A stretch of DNA of 64,000 nucleotides from Candidatus Aenigmatarchaeota archaeon (GCA_046539325.1 JBKHHD010000006.1:1-64000), one strand, 5' to 3'; shown: positions 8,858 through 19,290, numbered from the stretch's first letter. Numbers and translations are program-made. Notes: generated by a model not told the origin, from the letters alone.

Positions 8858-9457
8858 ATGTCAGAGGACGAAGTAGAGATAGAACCAGACGACGACGAAG
8901 AATACGAAGTTGTTCCACTTTCTCCTATAAGAAAGCTTGAGAAGAGAATCGATGAACTTGAAGAGAAGAAGGATGTAGGCAACGCTAAAGGAGTCTTTAA
9001 CGAAGTACTCGACCTTGTAAAGGCAAACCAGAGGATGGTTGAAGAAATGGTGAAGTCCAACAGCGAGCTCAGAAGAGAGCTTGAAAAGCTTCCTGATAAG
9101 ATAGATAAGGTTACCGAGCAGTGGGATGAGTTCCTCGACATGTTAAAGAAGGGCGAAGAAAAACAAAGCGGTGCACAGCAATCGGAAGAAATGTCAAATG
9201 AAATGAAGAAGTTGGTCGACCTCAATAAAAATTTAATAGAAAAAAACGAGGAGATGGTAGACTCGTTACGTTCTTTAAAAAGAAGTATGAGGGGCACAGT
9301 TGGAAAGAGAAAGAGCCCGAAAGTCAGAGTAAAAAAGAATTCAGAGAAGAGGCAGCCAAAAAAGGACACAGGAAGAACCGAACAAAGAGATGAGAATAGA
9401 AGAGGAAATCCAAGAGTAAAGATAAAGGACGATAGAAAGGGAGAAAGAGACAAATGA
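8858..9457 (+). CDS. coiled-coil hypothetical protein
   Basis: YEVVPLSPIRKLEKRI N-terminus, heptad pattern, basic tail. Confidence 0.75.
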   Translation: MSEDEVEIEPDDDEEYEVVPLSPIRKLEKRIDELEEKKDVGNAKGVFNEVLDLVKANQRMVEEMVKSNSELRRELEKLPDKIDKVTEQWDEFLDMLKKGEEKQSGAQQSEEMSNEMKKLVDLNKNLIEKNEEMVDSLRSLKRSMRGTVGKRKSPKVRVKKNSEKRQPKKDTGRTEQRDENRRGNPRVKIKDDRKGERDK

Positions 9458-9657
9458 GAGATGAGATAAGTAACCTTGAATTTTCTGTTCTCCTGGCCTT
9501 GGCCGTTATGGTTTCTATAGCTTTCTTACTAATACCTCTACAAGGCTGGACCCAGGCACTTTACGGACGTGATCTGATACTTGAGATACTTATCTCTGTC
9601 CTGATAGTTGTCCAGGTAATTTCACTAGCCTTCCAGGTAAGGAACTACGAAGATTAG
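9454..9657 (+). CDS. small two-TM membrane protein
   Basis: 67 aa, two hydrophobic segments, ATGA overlap with the upstream gene. Confidence 0.65.
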   Translation: MRDEISNLEFSVLLALAVMVSIAFLLIPLQGWTQALYGRDLILEILISVLIVVQVISLAFQVRNYED

Positions 9658-9711
9658 AGAAACCATTAGGTAATATTTAAATAGGAGGCTAAGTATAACC
9701 ATATTGATAGC

Positions 9712-10149
9712 ATGAAAAGAAAAGGTGTAACCCCCGTAATTGCGATCATCATGCTTCTGCTGATCGTAGTTGTTATGGTCGGTGGTGTCTTTGCTTGGAT
9801 GCAGACTATGCAGGAAGACGTAGAAGGCATGACCGAGGAGGAGCTCGCAAGTTTCATCGAAGAAGCTGAGGATCACATCAGTATAGAGAACTATGAGTGT
9901 GAATCGGGTGGATCCGATGACCCTGAGGTATCCAAGGTATACGTCAGAAACACTGACGAAGTAGATGACTACAATGTCACTGCATACGTCGATGGTGCAA
10001 AGAAAGATGAAGACATCGAATTAACAAAGGATTCTCTCACAGAGTTGTTTGATGAATCAGACTTAAGTCAAGACGATATAATGCGTGGCGACACACTTGA
10101 ACTATCCATGGAAGGAGATACGATCGCCAGTGAGACGTTCAGCTGCTAG
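9712..10149 (+). CDS. archaeal type IV pilin 1
   Basis: Class III signal peptide KRKG|VTPVIAIIMLLLIVVV. Confidence 0.9.
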   Translation: MKRKGVTPVIAIIMLLLIVVVMVGGVFAWMQTMQEDVEGMTEEELASFIEEAEDHISIENYECESGGSDDPEVSKVYVRNTDEVDDYNVTAYVDGAKKDEDIELTKDSLTELFDESDLSQDDIMRGDTLELSMEGDTIASETFSC

Positions 10150-10315
10150 ACCAAGGCAGAAGAGTGTGAAACATGATGAAGGGATTACTCAGTCTTAGGG
10201 ATAAAGGTGTGACGCCAGTTATCGCAATAATCATGCTTCTGCTGATCGTAGTTGTTATGGTCGGTGGTGTCTTTGCTTGGATGCAGACTATGCAGGAAGA
10301 CGTAGAAGGCATGAC
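9748..10315 (+). repeat. 86-bp identical direct repeat (9748-9833 and 10230-10315) in the two pilin genes
   Basis: ATCATGCTTCTG...GAAGGCATGAC identical in both copies. Confidence 0.9.
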
Positions 10316-10631
10316 TGAGGAGCAGTTATCCGGCTTAATGGAAGAAGTGAAGGAAAGTATAAAGATAGAGAACTACCAGTGCAGTGGTGATGACATCGAG
10401 AAAATCTATGTCAGGAACAGCGACGACGTAAATAAGTACAATGTTTCTGTCTACGTAAACGGAGGCCTTGCCCTAGAAAATGTACAACTAAAACCAAATA
10501 CGTTACATGAGCTAGTAGAAGACGGTGAAGGTAATATAGATAACACATTGGACAAGGATGTAAAGCGGGGCGACACTTTGTCCATTGGATCAAAGGGCGA
10601 GATCGTCCAAAGTGAGACTTTCAGTTGCTAG
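10173..10631 (+). CDS. archaeal type IV pilin 2 (paralogue of pilin 1)
   Basis: DKG|VTPVIAIIMLLLIVVV; same YxC ... ETFSC ending. Confidence 0.9.
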   Translation: MMKGLLSLRDKGVTPVIAIIMLLLIVVVMVGGVFAWMQTMQEDVEGMTEEQLSGLMEEVKESIKIENYQCSGDDIEKIYVRNSDDVNKYNVSVYVNGGLALENVQLKPNTLHELVEDGEGNIDNTLDKDVKRGDTLSIGSKGEIVQSETFSC

Positions 10632-10679
10632 TACTGGTTAAACAACAGTTTTATATTCTTCTCTGTAAATACATGCAAT

Positions 10680-11309
10680 ATGCTGAACTGCTCTGCCTTT
10701 ATGGACGGAGAAAAGGGCCAACAGGTACTGACGGCCGTTCTGCTTACTGCAGTTATATTGACAGTTTCTAGCTCCTCGTACTTCTGGGGTAGAAACATGT
10801 TAGACAAGTCTCGGGATCAAAGGAACTTCGAAGAGATGGAGAACTTGATGAGAAATATAAACAAAAACATAATGGGGGTTTCCAGTCGCGGTGGAAGAAG
10901 GGATATGTCCATAGATCTTCCGGACGATGCTGAGTTAAGAATAAACGAAGCAGAAGAAGGGGGAATGGACAATATAACACTGAACTTCGTAGTAGAAGGA
11001 CAGATGATGGCCACAGACCAGGAGATAGCTATCAAAGGATCCAAAGGTTCCGAAGCTCCTATAACCCAAGACTCTGACGTAATAGTTGCGAACTCTGAAG
11101 AATCGAATGGAAACTATCTTGTAGAGTTCAAAATATACTACAAGAACGTTACTGTAGATGGAGAACCAAGCAGTAGGATAGATATAGACGCTACAGGAAG
11201 GCTTTCAGCTATAAGTGAAAGCACAGACCTAATAATAAACCAGGGACCAACAGAACAGATAGGCGATGGAGATTTCAGCGTTAATAAAGTTGAAGTGAGA
11301 ATAGTTTAG
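10680..11309 (+). CDS. minor pilin-like protein (alternative start 10701)
   Basis: EKG|QQVLTAVLLTAVIL class III signal. Confidence 0.8.
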   Translation: MLNCSAFMDGEKGQQVLTAVLLTAVILTVSSSSYFWGRNMLDKSRDQRNFEEMENLMRNINKNIMGVSSRGGRRDMSIDLPDDAELRINEAEEGGMDNITLNFVVEGQMMATDQEIAIKGSKGSEAPITQDSDVIVANSEESNGNYLVEFKIYYKNVTVDGEPSSRIDIDATGRLSAISESTDLIINQGPTEQIGDGDFSVNKVEVRIV

Positions 11310-11321
11310 ATAGTTGGTACT

Positions 11322-11774
11322 ATGGACCAAAAAGGACAGTATCTTTCCCTGGAACAGATGATATTATTCACAGTAAGCGTAATCGTGATGGTTCTAATAT
11401 ACTACTCCTTTTCAACCTTAAGGCAGAAAGCAGGTGAGTCTATAATCGAAGATCAGCTAAGAGAAGTATCAGAAATAGCTCTCGGGGGTATTTATAGAGT
11501 AGAAAACCAACATACTGATGACGGAAAAACCTACAAAAGGATAGAATATGACATACCCAAAGAAATTTCAGGGCAGATGTATAAAATTGATATAAGAGGA
11601 GGCGAAGAAGTACATATACAATCTGAAGGAGGCGAAGAAGTAGTGAAACCTATAGGTAAGCCATCCGAGAATTTAGATATAGTCAAGCAGGATGCTTTTA
11701 TGGACGGAGTTTCCTCCAGAAAGGGAAAGCTTGAAATCGTGCTAGATGACAACGAGATCAAAATAGGTAGGTAA
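11322..11774 (+). CDS. minor pilin-like protein
   Basis: QKG|QYLSLEQMILF class III signal. Confidence 0.8.
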   Translation: MDQKGQYLSLEQMILFTVSVIVMVLIYYSFSTLRQKAGESIIEDQLREVSEIALGGIYRVENQHTDDGKTYKRIEYDIPKEISGQMYKIDIRGGEEVHIQSEGGEEVVKPIGKPSENLDIVKQDAFMDGVSSRKGKLEIVLDDNEIKIGR

Positions 11775-11775
11775 G

Positions 11776-14067
11776 ATGGAAGGGATAAAGGACGAAACCA
11801 AGGAAGAGATAAAGAAAGGTATAGCAGAGGCACTCGAAGAACTCGGAGCAGAGTTGAAGGGGGGTAAAGAAGAGGCTGATAAACTTGATAGAGATGTAAG
11901 ACAAGGACCCGGGGCCAGAAATATATTGAATATGTTACAGGCCGGCGTCAAGAAAGGGGACTTCAATGAAGATACCGAGGAAGACGAAGATGATAAATCA
12001 AAAGACGACGAAGAGAAAGATTTTTCTGACGGAATTGAGGAGGTAAGTTCAGAAATAGAAGAAAGGTCTGTGGAAGAAGAAGTAGACGAGGAAATACCAA
12101 TCTCAGAACCACCCGTAAATGATATTGAAGAAGTAGAGGTAATAGAAGACGAAGAAAAACAGGGACCTGAAGCTGTGGAAGAGGAAGAAGAGGTTACAGA
12201 GGAAGATGAAGGAGATAGTGAGATCGTCGAAGATATACTTGAAAGGCTTCGCACTGGACTTAGCTACAGATATACTGAAAGGGAGGGGAAAATTAAACAA
12301 TTCAGAGGTAAAACTGAAGGTACTGAGCCAAGACAGAAAGGGATTAATCCGAGGCAAGAACAAAGAATACCTCCTGAAAGCTCGTCTCCACAAAGAGCCG
12401 GTGCACCATCTCAAGGTCAAACATCCTCCGAAAGAAGTCAGGATGAGTCAGGAGTAGAATCCTATGTTTTTGAAAACGCGACCTTGGAAGAAGGGACAAA
12501 GCTCCCAAATACAAGCTGGGAAGGATCCACGTCTATAGACCTAGGAAAGGATGAAAAAGATGAGAAGCTCACAAATATAGACGAATACTACAGCCTTGTA
12601 CCCAAAAATCCTGAGCCTGACGAGGATATATATGCATACGCCCACATAACATGGGACGAAGAAAAAAATTCTCTGGTATACAGAGTTACCGAGCCTGAGC
12701 TTTCGGACAAAGATGAAGAACTCCTTGAAAAGATAAGAGAAGGTATAGAGGAGAGGCTTGATGTAGATTTCGAGTCACTGGGAAAAATAAAGGCAAGAGG
12801 TTACCTATCCAGGAGGATGGAGGAGATTCTTGAACTGCTCGGAGAGGAAGTCAGCGGAATCAGAAAAAAGGCGATACGATATTATCTTGAAAGAGACTTC
12901 GTGGATATGGGTAAAATAGAGCCTCTTATGCGTGATCCAAATATAGAAGAAATTTCATGTGACGGTGTTGGAATACCTATATTTGTTTACCATCGAAATG
13001 CAAAATACGGATCTCTGGAGACAAACATAGCTTTTGAGAACGAAGAAAGGCTTGATCAATACGTAATGAGGCTTGGTCAGAAGGTAGGTAAAACAGTTTC
13101 TATGTCCAATCCTCTGGTTGACGCTTCGCTTCCCGATGGGTCAAGACTCCAGGCAACACTGGGCACAGATATCGCAAGGAAGGGTTCTAACTTTACCATA
13201 AGGAAATTTACAGAAAATCCTCTGACACCTACCGATCTCATAGAGTTTGAAACAGTTGATCCAAGAACTCTTGCATACCTCTGGTTGGCTATAGAAAACC
13301 AAAAATCGGTCTTAATCTCTGGCGGAACAGCAACAGGTAAGACAACCATGCTCAATGTAATATCCCTTTTCATAAAGCCAGAGATGAAGATAGTCACCAT
13401 TGAAGATACAGCAGAACTGAGGTTACCCCACAACCACTGGGTCCCCGAAGTAGCTAGAGAGGCCATGGCCAAAGAGGGCTCGGACACAGTAGATATGTTT
13501 GACCTCCTCAAAGAGTCTTTGAGGCAGAGGCCGGACTACATAGTCGTGGGTGAAGTGAGGGGCGCTGAGGCATTTGTCCTATTCCAGCAGATGTCAACAG
13601 GCCATCCCGGCCTGGCTACAATACATGCCGAGAACCCCGAAAGGCTCATAAGCCGTCTTACCACGAAGCCTATAGACCTACCCCCTTCACTTCTCAGCGC
13701 TCTTGATATAGTTATATTCCTGCGTAAAGTTAGGAAAGGCGGTACCCTTCAAAGGAAAATAGACCAGATAGTTGAAGTAAAGAGGTTCTCAAGGGAAGAA
13801 AACGTTCCAAAGATGAACCGTGTATTCAAATGGAACCCCCGGAAGGACGAACTCGTAAATGAAAATCCTAGCTTGATACTAAATGAGATCTCAGAACTGA
13901 AAGGTATGGACAAAGAGGAATTGAGGAGGGAAATAAAGGATAGAGAAAGAGTGATAGAATGGATGGTACACGAGGGAGTTAGAGATCTTGATACAATAGG
14001 TAACGTACTTTCAAAATATTACTCGGAAAGAGAAACCCTCCTGGAAAAAATAGAGACCCGAGGGTAA
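11776..14067 (+). CDS. type IV pilus assembly ATPase (PilB/ArlI/VirB11 family) with long acidic N-terminal extension
   Basis: Walker A GGTATGKTT, TIEDTAEL, SLRQRPDYIVVGEVRGAEA, His box TGH..ATIHA. Confidence 0.93.
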   Translation: MEGIKDETKEEIKKGIAEALEELGAELKGGKEEADKLDRDVRQGPGARNILNMLQAGVKKGDFNEDTEEDEDDKSKDDEEKDFSDGIEEVSSEIEERSVEEEVDEEIPISEPPVNDIEEVEVIEDEEKQGPEAVEEEEEVTEEDEGDSEIVEDILERLRTGLSYRYTEREGKIKQFRGKTEGTEPRQKGINPRQEQRIPPESSSPQRAGAPSQGQTSSERSQDESGVESYVFENATLEEGTKLPNTSWEGSTSIDLGKDEKDEKLTNIDEYYSLVPKNPEPDEDIYAYAHITWDEEKNSLVYRVTEPELSDKDEELLEKIREGIEERLDVDFESLGKIKARGYLSRRMEEILELLGEEVSGIRKKAIRYYLERDFVDMGKIEPLMRDPNIEEISCDGVGIPIFVYHRNAKYGSLETNIAFENEERLDQYVMRLGQKVGKTVSMSNPLVDASLPDGSRLQATLGTDIARKGSNFTIRKFTENPLTPTDLIEFETVDPRTLAYLWLAIENQKSVLISGGTATGKTTMLNVISLFIKPEMKIVTIEDTAELRLPHNHWVPEVAREAMAKEGSDTVDMFDLLKESLRQRPDYIVVGEVRGAEAFVLFQQMSTGHPGLATIHAENPERLISRLTTKPIDLPPSLLSALDIVIFLRKVRKGGTLQRKIDQIVEVKRFSREENVPKMNRVFKWNPRKDELVNENPSLILNEISELKGMDKEELRREIKDRERVIEWMVHEGVRDLDTIGNVLSKYYSERETLLEKIETRG

Positions 14068-14072
14068 TAGCT

Positions 14073-14957
14073 TTGAACTTCAAAGAATGGTACAGAAAAA
14101 AGTCTGTCGGACTCTTCTCCGGATACATAGAGCCCTACATACATTACTTTGAGGACCTTAAGCCCGATCTGACAAAGGCAGATATCAATGTCTCATTGAG
14201 AGAGTATCTTTCTATGGCTATCATGACTATAGTTATAGTATTCTCAATAGAAATGCCCCTGATAGCCTTCATAGTTGGACTGATGCCTGAATTTACGATT
14301 CCTATGGCTGTGTTCTTTTCCCTTACGGTATCGCTCGGTGTCGCTGGAATGATAGCCTTCATGTTTTATATACATCCCTCTTTGAGGGCAAGTTCTAGGG
14401 GTGAGAATATAGAACATGGTGTCCCTTTTGCAGCGACATATTTAGCAACGATCTCGGGAAGTGGTATACATCCTGCCGATATGTTCAAAATACTTTCAGA
14501 GTTCGAAAGCTACGAAGAAATAGCCGAGGAAGCCGAAAAAATATCGACGAGGGTAGAACTCTTCGGAATGAATATAACGGAAGCTATCTCACGCTCCGCT
14601 AAGGGCTCACCTTCGGAAAGGCTCAGTGACCTATTATGGGGTATGATAACAACAATAAGGAGCGGTACGGATCTATCCGAATATCTCCAAGGAAAGTCCA
14701 GGGAGCTTATGAGAGAGTACGAAAGAGACCTGGAGGAGTATTCTGAGAGTCTTGGGACCTTCCTACAGATATACCTCACCCTGATAATAGTTGGGTCCAT
14801 ATTTACTGTCATAGTGACCTCAATCATGTCGGCATTCGGACTCGGTGCAGAAATGGCTGGAATGATAACTATTATACAGTTTTCAGTGGTTTTCATATTT
14901 TTACCTGTGATAACATTAGGATTTGTATGGTTACTCCAGACAACCTACCCAGGGTGA
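14073..14957 (+). CDS. pilus membrane platform protein (TadC/PilC, T2SS-F family)
   Basis: PFAATYLATISGSG, three to four TM segments, follows the ATPase. Confidence 0.88.
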   Translation: MNFKEWYRKKSVGLFSGYIEPYIHYFEDLKPDLTKADINVSLREYLSMAIMTIVIVFSIEMPLIAFIVGLMPEFTIPMAVFFSLTVSLGVAGMIAFMFYIHPSLRASSRGENIEHGVPFAATYLATISGSGIHPADMFKILSEFESYEEIAEEAEKISTRVELFGMNITEAISRSAKGSPSERLSDLLWGMITTIRSGTDLSEYLQGKSRELMREYERDLEEYSESLGTFLQIYLTLIIVGSIFTVIVTSIMSAFGLGAEMAGMITIIQFSVVFIFLPVITLGFVWLLQTTYPG

Positions 14958-14962
14958 TGTAA

Positions 14963-15922
14963 ATGTTGGATGAAATTCAAAGACAGATGGACAAAGAAGA
15001 CAAGCTCTTAATCTTTCCTGCAGTCTTCTCTGTATTTCTTATCCTTGGTGTAGTCCTGCTACATCCTGAACCAGGCATGATCGGAATAACTATACTTCTT
15101 TCTATAATGATATCCATCTCACCCTACGCGATATGGAAGTACTTCAGGGTGAAAAAGGTGAAGGGAATGGAGAAACAGTTCCCTAATTTCCTGAGGGATC
15201 TCGTCGAGGCTAAGAAAAGTGGCCTGACACTGACTGAAGCCCTAAAGGAGGCCTCTGAAAACGAGTATGGAATGCTAAACGAAGAAGTAGAGAAGATGAG
15301 CAACCAGCTGTCATGGAATATGAGCTTTGATGAGGTTATGACGAAGTTCGGCGAAAGAAACAAGGATAGCGATATGATAAGCAGGACCGTAAAAATAATA
15401 ATGGAAGCTAAGAGGAGCGGCGGGAACATAATCTCTGCCATGGAAACTATATCTTCAGATGTTTCGAGACTAATAGAAATAGAGAAAAAAAGGAAGTCAG
15501 AGATGTCTCAACATGCGGCTGTAATGTACCTCATATATTTCATGTTTCTTGCCATAACTATAATACTATCTAAAATTCTAGTTCCTATGACTACAGAAAT
15601 AGGAGGTGAAGGTGGTAAAGCACTGATGATAGGCAGCGGAGGTACTATTTGCTCGCCAGCCACACAACCTTCTGAGGAGCTTATATGTTCGATGTTTGAA
15701 GGTATAGCGTTAGCACTCGGAATAGGTGGGGAGGGTGGAGCTTACTACGAAGGACTCTTTTTGTCTATGGTACTGGTCCAAGGAATGTTTTCTGGTCTCA
15801 TAATAGGACAGATAAGGAACAATTCTGCTGTGAGTGGCATCAAGCACTCTCTTATAATGACGGGCGTTGGTCTGGTAACCTATATAATAGCCGCTAGGTA
15901 CGTAACAATTGAAATAATCTGA
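14963..15922 (+). CDS. second pilus membrane platform protein (TadC/PilC family)
   Basis: FPNFLRDL..KSGLTL, YGMLNEEV, QGMFSGLIIG..GIKH. Confidence 0.88.
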   Translation: MLDEIQRQMDKEDKLLIFPAVFSVFLILGVVLLHPEPGMIGITILLSIMISISPYAIWKYFRVKKVKGMEKQFPNFLRDLVEAKKSGLTLTEALKEASENEYGMLNEEVEKMSNQLSWNMSFDEVMTKFGERNKDSDMISRTVKIIMEAKRSGGNIISAMETISSDVSRLIEIEKKRKSEMSQHAAVMYLIYFMFLAITIILSKILVPMTTEIGGEGGKALMIGSGGTICSPATQPSEELICSMFEGIALALGIGGEGGAYYEGLFLSMVLVQGMFSGLIIGQIRNNSAVSGIKHSLIMTGVGLVTYIIAARYVTIEII

Positions 15923-15927
15923 TCACC

Positions 15928-16389
15928 ATGAAGTTTCTCAAAGAATCAGTAAAGGGACAGTTCAGCATAGAATACTTGATAGCCTTCCTTCTATTTTCAA
16001 TAGTCATACTTTATATATCTTTCCAGGCTGCAGACGTTTTACCTCAAATCTTAACAGAAAGAGCAGTGTCGCGCAAGGATGCAGAAGCCCACAGGATAAC
16101 AAATTTTCTTGCTGAAAACGAAGGTGGTCTTGCTGACGAACCATACAGGTTGAATAAAACAAAGTTGAATGAATGGAAAGAAAGATGTGATGAAGACTAC
16201 GATAAGACAATAAAAATGCTTGGTCTAGAGGAAATATCAGGTGTACAGATAAAAAGGTTTGACAGCTACGGAGGCCACGACATTTGTTCAGGACCACCCG
16301 TTCCATCAGGCGTAAGCCTGGGCTATGCAGTAAGTTTCGGATATATACAAGGCGAGGAGATAAACAGACTAGAGGTGGTAGTATGGTAG
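15928..16389 (+). CDS. minor pilin-like protein
   Basis: VKG|QFSIEYLIAF signal with Q+1 and E+5. Confidence 0.82.
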   Translation: MKFLKESVKGQFSIEYLIAFLLFSIVILYISFQAADVLPQILTERAVSRKDAEAHRITNFLAENEGGLADEPYRLNKTKLNEWKERCDEDYDKTIKMLGLEEISGVQIKRFDSYGGHDICSGPPVPSGVSLGYAVSFGYIQGEEINRLEVVVW

Positions 16390-17741
16390 GTAGGAAGGGT
16401 TTTGTATACATAATGGAGGTAGTACTTATATCAGTAATACTAGTTGTTTCTCTTGGTTTTCTTTTAAGGCCACTTGACGTAGATGAAGACTGGACCTCAA
16501 TGGACCTCGGGAAGGTAGGTAGAAGTGCTTTGTTGTCCATAGACAGGAGAGATGGTTTAGAAAATACTGTGTTTTTAGAAGAACCGTACCTTGAGGATGA
16601 GCTGGACGAGCTATTTTACTCCAAGAGTGATATGAACGTGAGATATAACTTAAGGATGGAACATACATACGCCAGAAAACTTACGGTTGGATTTAACTGT
16701 ACTGGTGAAGGCTGCTCGATGGACGCAGAGGAAAGCCATAGCGAGAAGGAGGAATACAGGAGGTTATGGGAAACGATCGACGAGTCCTGGATGAACAACA
16801 GATCCAGAAATGTAGTAATGGAGGGAGTCAAACTTGACGGTGATGAAGTCACTGAAGGTGAAATCGATGTCTTGTTTATAAGAGGTGAAGATCAGCTTGA
16901 GGAAGCAAATGAGAGCATAGACGAGATAAAGGCTTTCCTTGACAGTGGAGGCGCAGTAATCCAGTTAACGGACTTCAACGAGGTCAATGATTACGCTATC
17001 CAGGAAGAGATATTCGAACTGGAAAATCCCGAAACACCAAAGAACGAGATATATTTCGAAAACAGGTACGATCCTGAAAAACCTAACTACGAACCTTCAA
17101 AGCTTTTCTACGGAGTCGGCAGCATTGTAAATACTGGACAACCCGGAATAACGAAGCCAAGGGAAGGAACATGGAAGCTAAGGGACCGTGAATACACTGT
17201 AGAGGTAGATGAAAACGACGCTGAAGTTAACGTAACCAATGAAACAGGACACGTTTTATGCAGCAGCTGCAGTGAAGGTGAAAGTTTTGAACTGGACATT
17301 GAAGACCTCGAAGGTGATGCTTCAGTAAGAAAAATTAGAAATCCTGATGAAGGGGCTTATAGAAATCAGACAGTTGTATGGTTCGACTACCCAGGAAGCT
17401 ATGAATTTTTATCTGGAAGTTTCACAAGCTCCGCAGAAGGATCTGAAGACTATTCAGAAGTGACGAGGGATGAGGCTGTCATGGTCTTAAACGAGGTTCA
17501 TGGTGGAAGGACTGTATGGGTATCGTCACCTGAAGACGGGGAGATAGGCGCTGATATGAAGGACGATCTAAAGAGTCTAATCCGTGCCGGGCTCCTCTGG
17601 TCCGGAGAACGAGGTGAATGGTTGAAGGAAGCAGAAAAATCACCAGAAAGAAGGTCATCGTATATTACACATTATGGCTCCTACAAAAAGGATATATACG
17701 AGCCCTACAAGATAACTATGGAAATCTGGTACACATACTGA
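16383..17741 (+). CDS. large pilin-like or adhesin protein
   Basis: RKG|FVYIMEVVL signal; true start at MVGRKG (16383), overlapping the upstream stop. Confidence 0.8.
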   Translation: MVGRKGFVYIMEVVLISVILVVSLGFLLRPLDVDEDWTSMDLGKVGRSALLSIDRRDGLENTVFLEEPYLEDELDELFYSKSDMNVRYNLRMEHTYARKLTVGFNCTGEGCSMDAEESHSEKEEYRRLWETIDESWMNNRSRNVVMEGVKLDGDEVTEGEIDVLFIRGEDQLEEANESIDEIKAFLDSGGAVIQLTDFNEVNDYAIQEEIFELENPETPKNEIYFENRYDPEKPNYEPSKLFYGVGSIVNTGQPGITKPREGTWKLRDREYTVEVDENDAEVNVTNETGHVLCSSCSEGESFELDIEDLEGDASVRKIRNPDEGAYRNQTVVWFDYPGSYEFLSGSFTSSAEGSEDYSEVTRDEAVMVLNEVHGGRTVWVSSPEDGEIGADMKDDLKSLIRAGLLWSGERGEWLKEAEKSPERRSSYITHYGSYKKDIYEPYKITMEIWYTY

Positions 17742-17751
17742 GGTCTATTCC

Positions 17752-18432
17752 ATGAAGAAAAAGTTCTGTGTCAAGTGCGGCGAAGAGACAGAAGAGCTAG
17801 TTGAAAGTCTTTGCAAGAGCTGTTTCTCTGAAACAAAGGAATGGACCAAGATACCGGACAGGCTACAGGTTACAAAATGCAAGGGATGTAGAAGAAAGAA
17901 AGTTGAGGGCTGGGTGGACATGCCTCTAAGAAAAGCGATCCTAAAGAGCCTGGAGAAAGGGATAACTTCAAAGGGTCAGATAGAATCGATAGACATAGAA
18001 ATACAGGAAGAGAGATCTAAAGCTGTGGCTACAGTAAAGGGCAAGCTGAAAGGTGTGGAAATGGAAACCAAGAAAGAAATTGATCTTAAGATAGAAGAAA
18101 GTCTCTGTGGTGAGTGCAAGAAGATCAACACAGGATATTTTGAAGCCACTGTACAGGTACGTATAGAAGACGGTAACACTGAAAAAATTCTGGACGACTG
18201 TGAAGAAATTCTGAGACAAAGAAAAACAAAAGAAGCAATGGTTTCAGGTGTCGAGGAAAGGAAGAACGGCTTCGATATACTTATGCCATCGAACTCAGCA
18301 GCAAAATATCTAACAAAGGAACTTGCCAAGAGGTACAATGTCGAGAGGAAAGAAAGCAAGACTCTAAAGGGACTGGAGGACGGACACAAGACCTACAGAA
18401 GCACTTACTTAGTAAGAATTTTGGGTTCCTGA
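17752..18432 (+). CDS. NMD3 family protein
   Basis: Four CxxC pairs, GYFEATVQVR, GFDI, YRSTYLVRI. Confidence 0.9.
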   Translation: MKKKFCVKCGEETEELVESLCKSCFSETKEWTKIPDRLQVTKCKGCRRKKVEGWVDMPLRKAILKSLEKGITSKGQIESIDIEIQEERSKAVATVKGKLKGVEMETKKEIDLKIEESLCGECKKINTGYFEATVQVRIEDGNTEKILDDCEEILRQRKTKEAMVSGVEERKNGFDILMPSNSAAKYLTKELAKRYNVERKESKTLKGLEDGHKTYRSTYLVRILGS

Positions 18433-18474
18433 AAACTACAATACATTTTTAAAATTTGAAAATAAGGTTTGGAC

Positions 18475-18774
18475 ATGCCTGAAGAAGAAAAGTCGAGGCT
18501 GAGAGAGCCTAACGATGATCAAGTTCTAGGGAAGGTTATAGAACTACTTGGAGCTGATAGACTTAGGGTTGAGTGTGAGGACGGCGAAGAGAGGATAGTA
18601 AGGATCCCAGGTAAGCTGAAGAAAAGGGTATGGGTAAACAGGGACGATATAGTAATTGTAGAGCCTTGGGACATAGAGAGTGAGGAAAAGGGCGACATGG
18701 TTTGGCGCTACAACAAGAACAAGATACCCCGCCTGAAGAAGAAGGGATACCTCAAGAGAATCTCTGTTTCTTGA
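18475..18774 (+). CDS. eif1a: translation initiation factor aIF-1A
   Basis: LLGADRLRVECEDG..RIPGKLKKRVWV..KGDMVWRY. Confidence 0.95.
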   Translation: MPEEEKSRLREPNDDQVLGKVIELLGADRLRVECEDGEERIVRIPGKLKKRVWVNRDDIVIVEPWDIESEEKGDMVWRYNKNKIPRLKKKGYLKRISVS

Positions 18775-18789
18775 TTTTTTGGTGTTTGA

Positions 18790-19290
18790 ATGAAGGACAA
18801 CATTAGATTCACAGAGGAAAGGATAAAGATAGTCGAAAAAAATAAAGATAAAATAGAAAGAAAGTCAGATACAGATATAACTATAAATGGACTTGACGTA
18901 TCCGTAGAAGGCGAGGCAGTGGACGTACTCAAGGCAAGGAATATAATGGACGCTCTTTTCGAAGGCTTTACTCTCGACGAATCGTTTAAACTTTTAAATG
19001 AGAAAAATCAACTAAAGGTTGTTCGTTTGAAGGACTTCGCTTCCTCGGGCATGTCCGTTGAAAAACTTAAGGGGAGGATAATCGGCGAGGGTGGAAGGAC
19101 AAAGAGACTTATAGAGGAGCTGGCGAAGGTTTCATTATCCGTACACGGAAAAAACGTTTCGATGATAGGCAACGCGAGGGAAGTGTCTGCCGCGACAAAG
19201 GCTGTGCAGATGCTTGTAAACGGAAAGCCTCACAACAAGGTATACAGGTACCTTGAACAAAATCAACCTGACAACGAAGAGATGGTATAG
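18790..19290 (+). CDS. KH-domain rRNA-processing protein (Dim2/Pno1)
   Basis: KGRIIGEGGRTKRLIEEL, ML..GKPHNKVY. Confidence 0.9.
   Translation: MKDNIRFTEERIKIVEKNKDKIERKSDTDITINGLDVSVEGEAVDVLKARNIMDALFEGFTLDESFKLLNEKNQLKVVRLKDFASSGMSVEKLKGRIIGEGGRTKRLIEELAKVSLSVHGKNVSMIGNAREVSAATKAVQMLVNGKPHNKVYRYLEQNQPDNEEMV

Noticed and set aside
11742-12254. Ser-rich antisense ORFs here and throughout (e.g. 40279..41070, 51237..51911)
   Set aside because: Shadow frames of Glu/Asp-rich genes (GAA/GAG read as Ser/Phe/Leu on the other strand)
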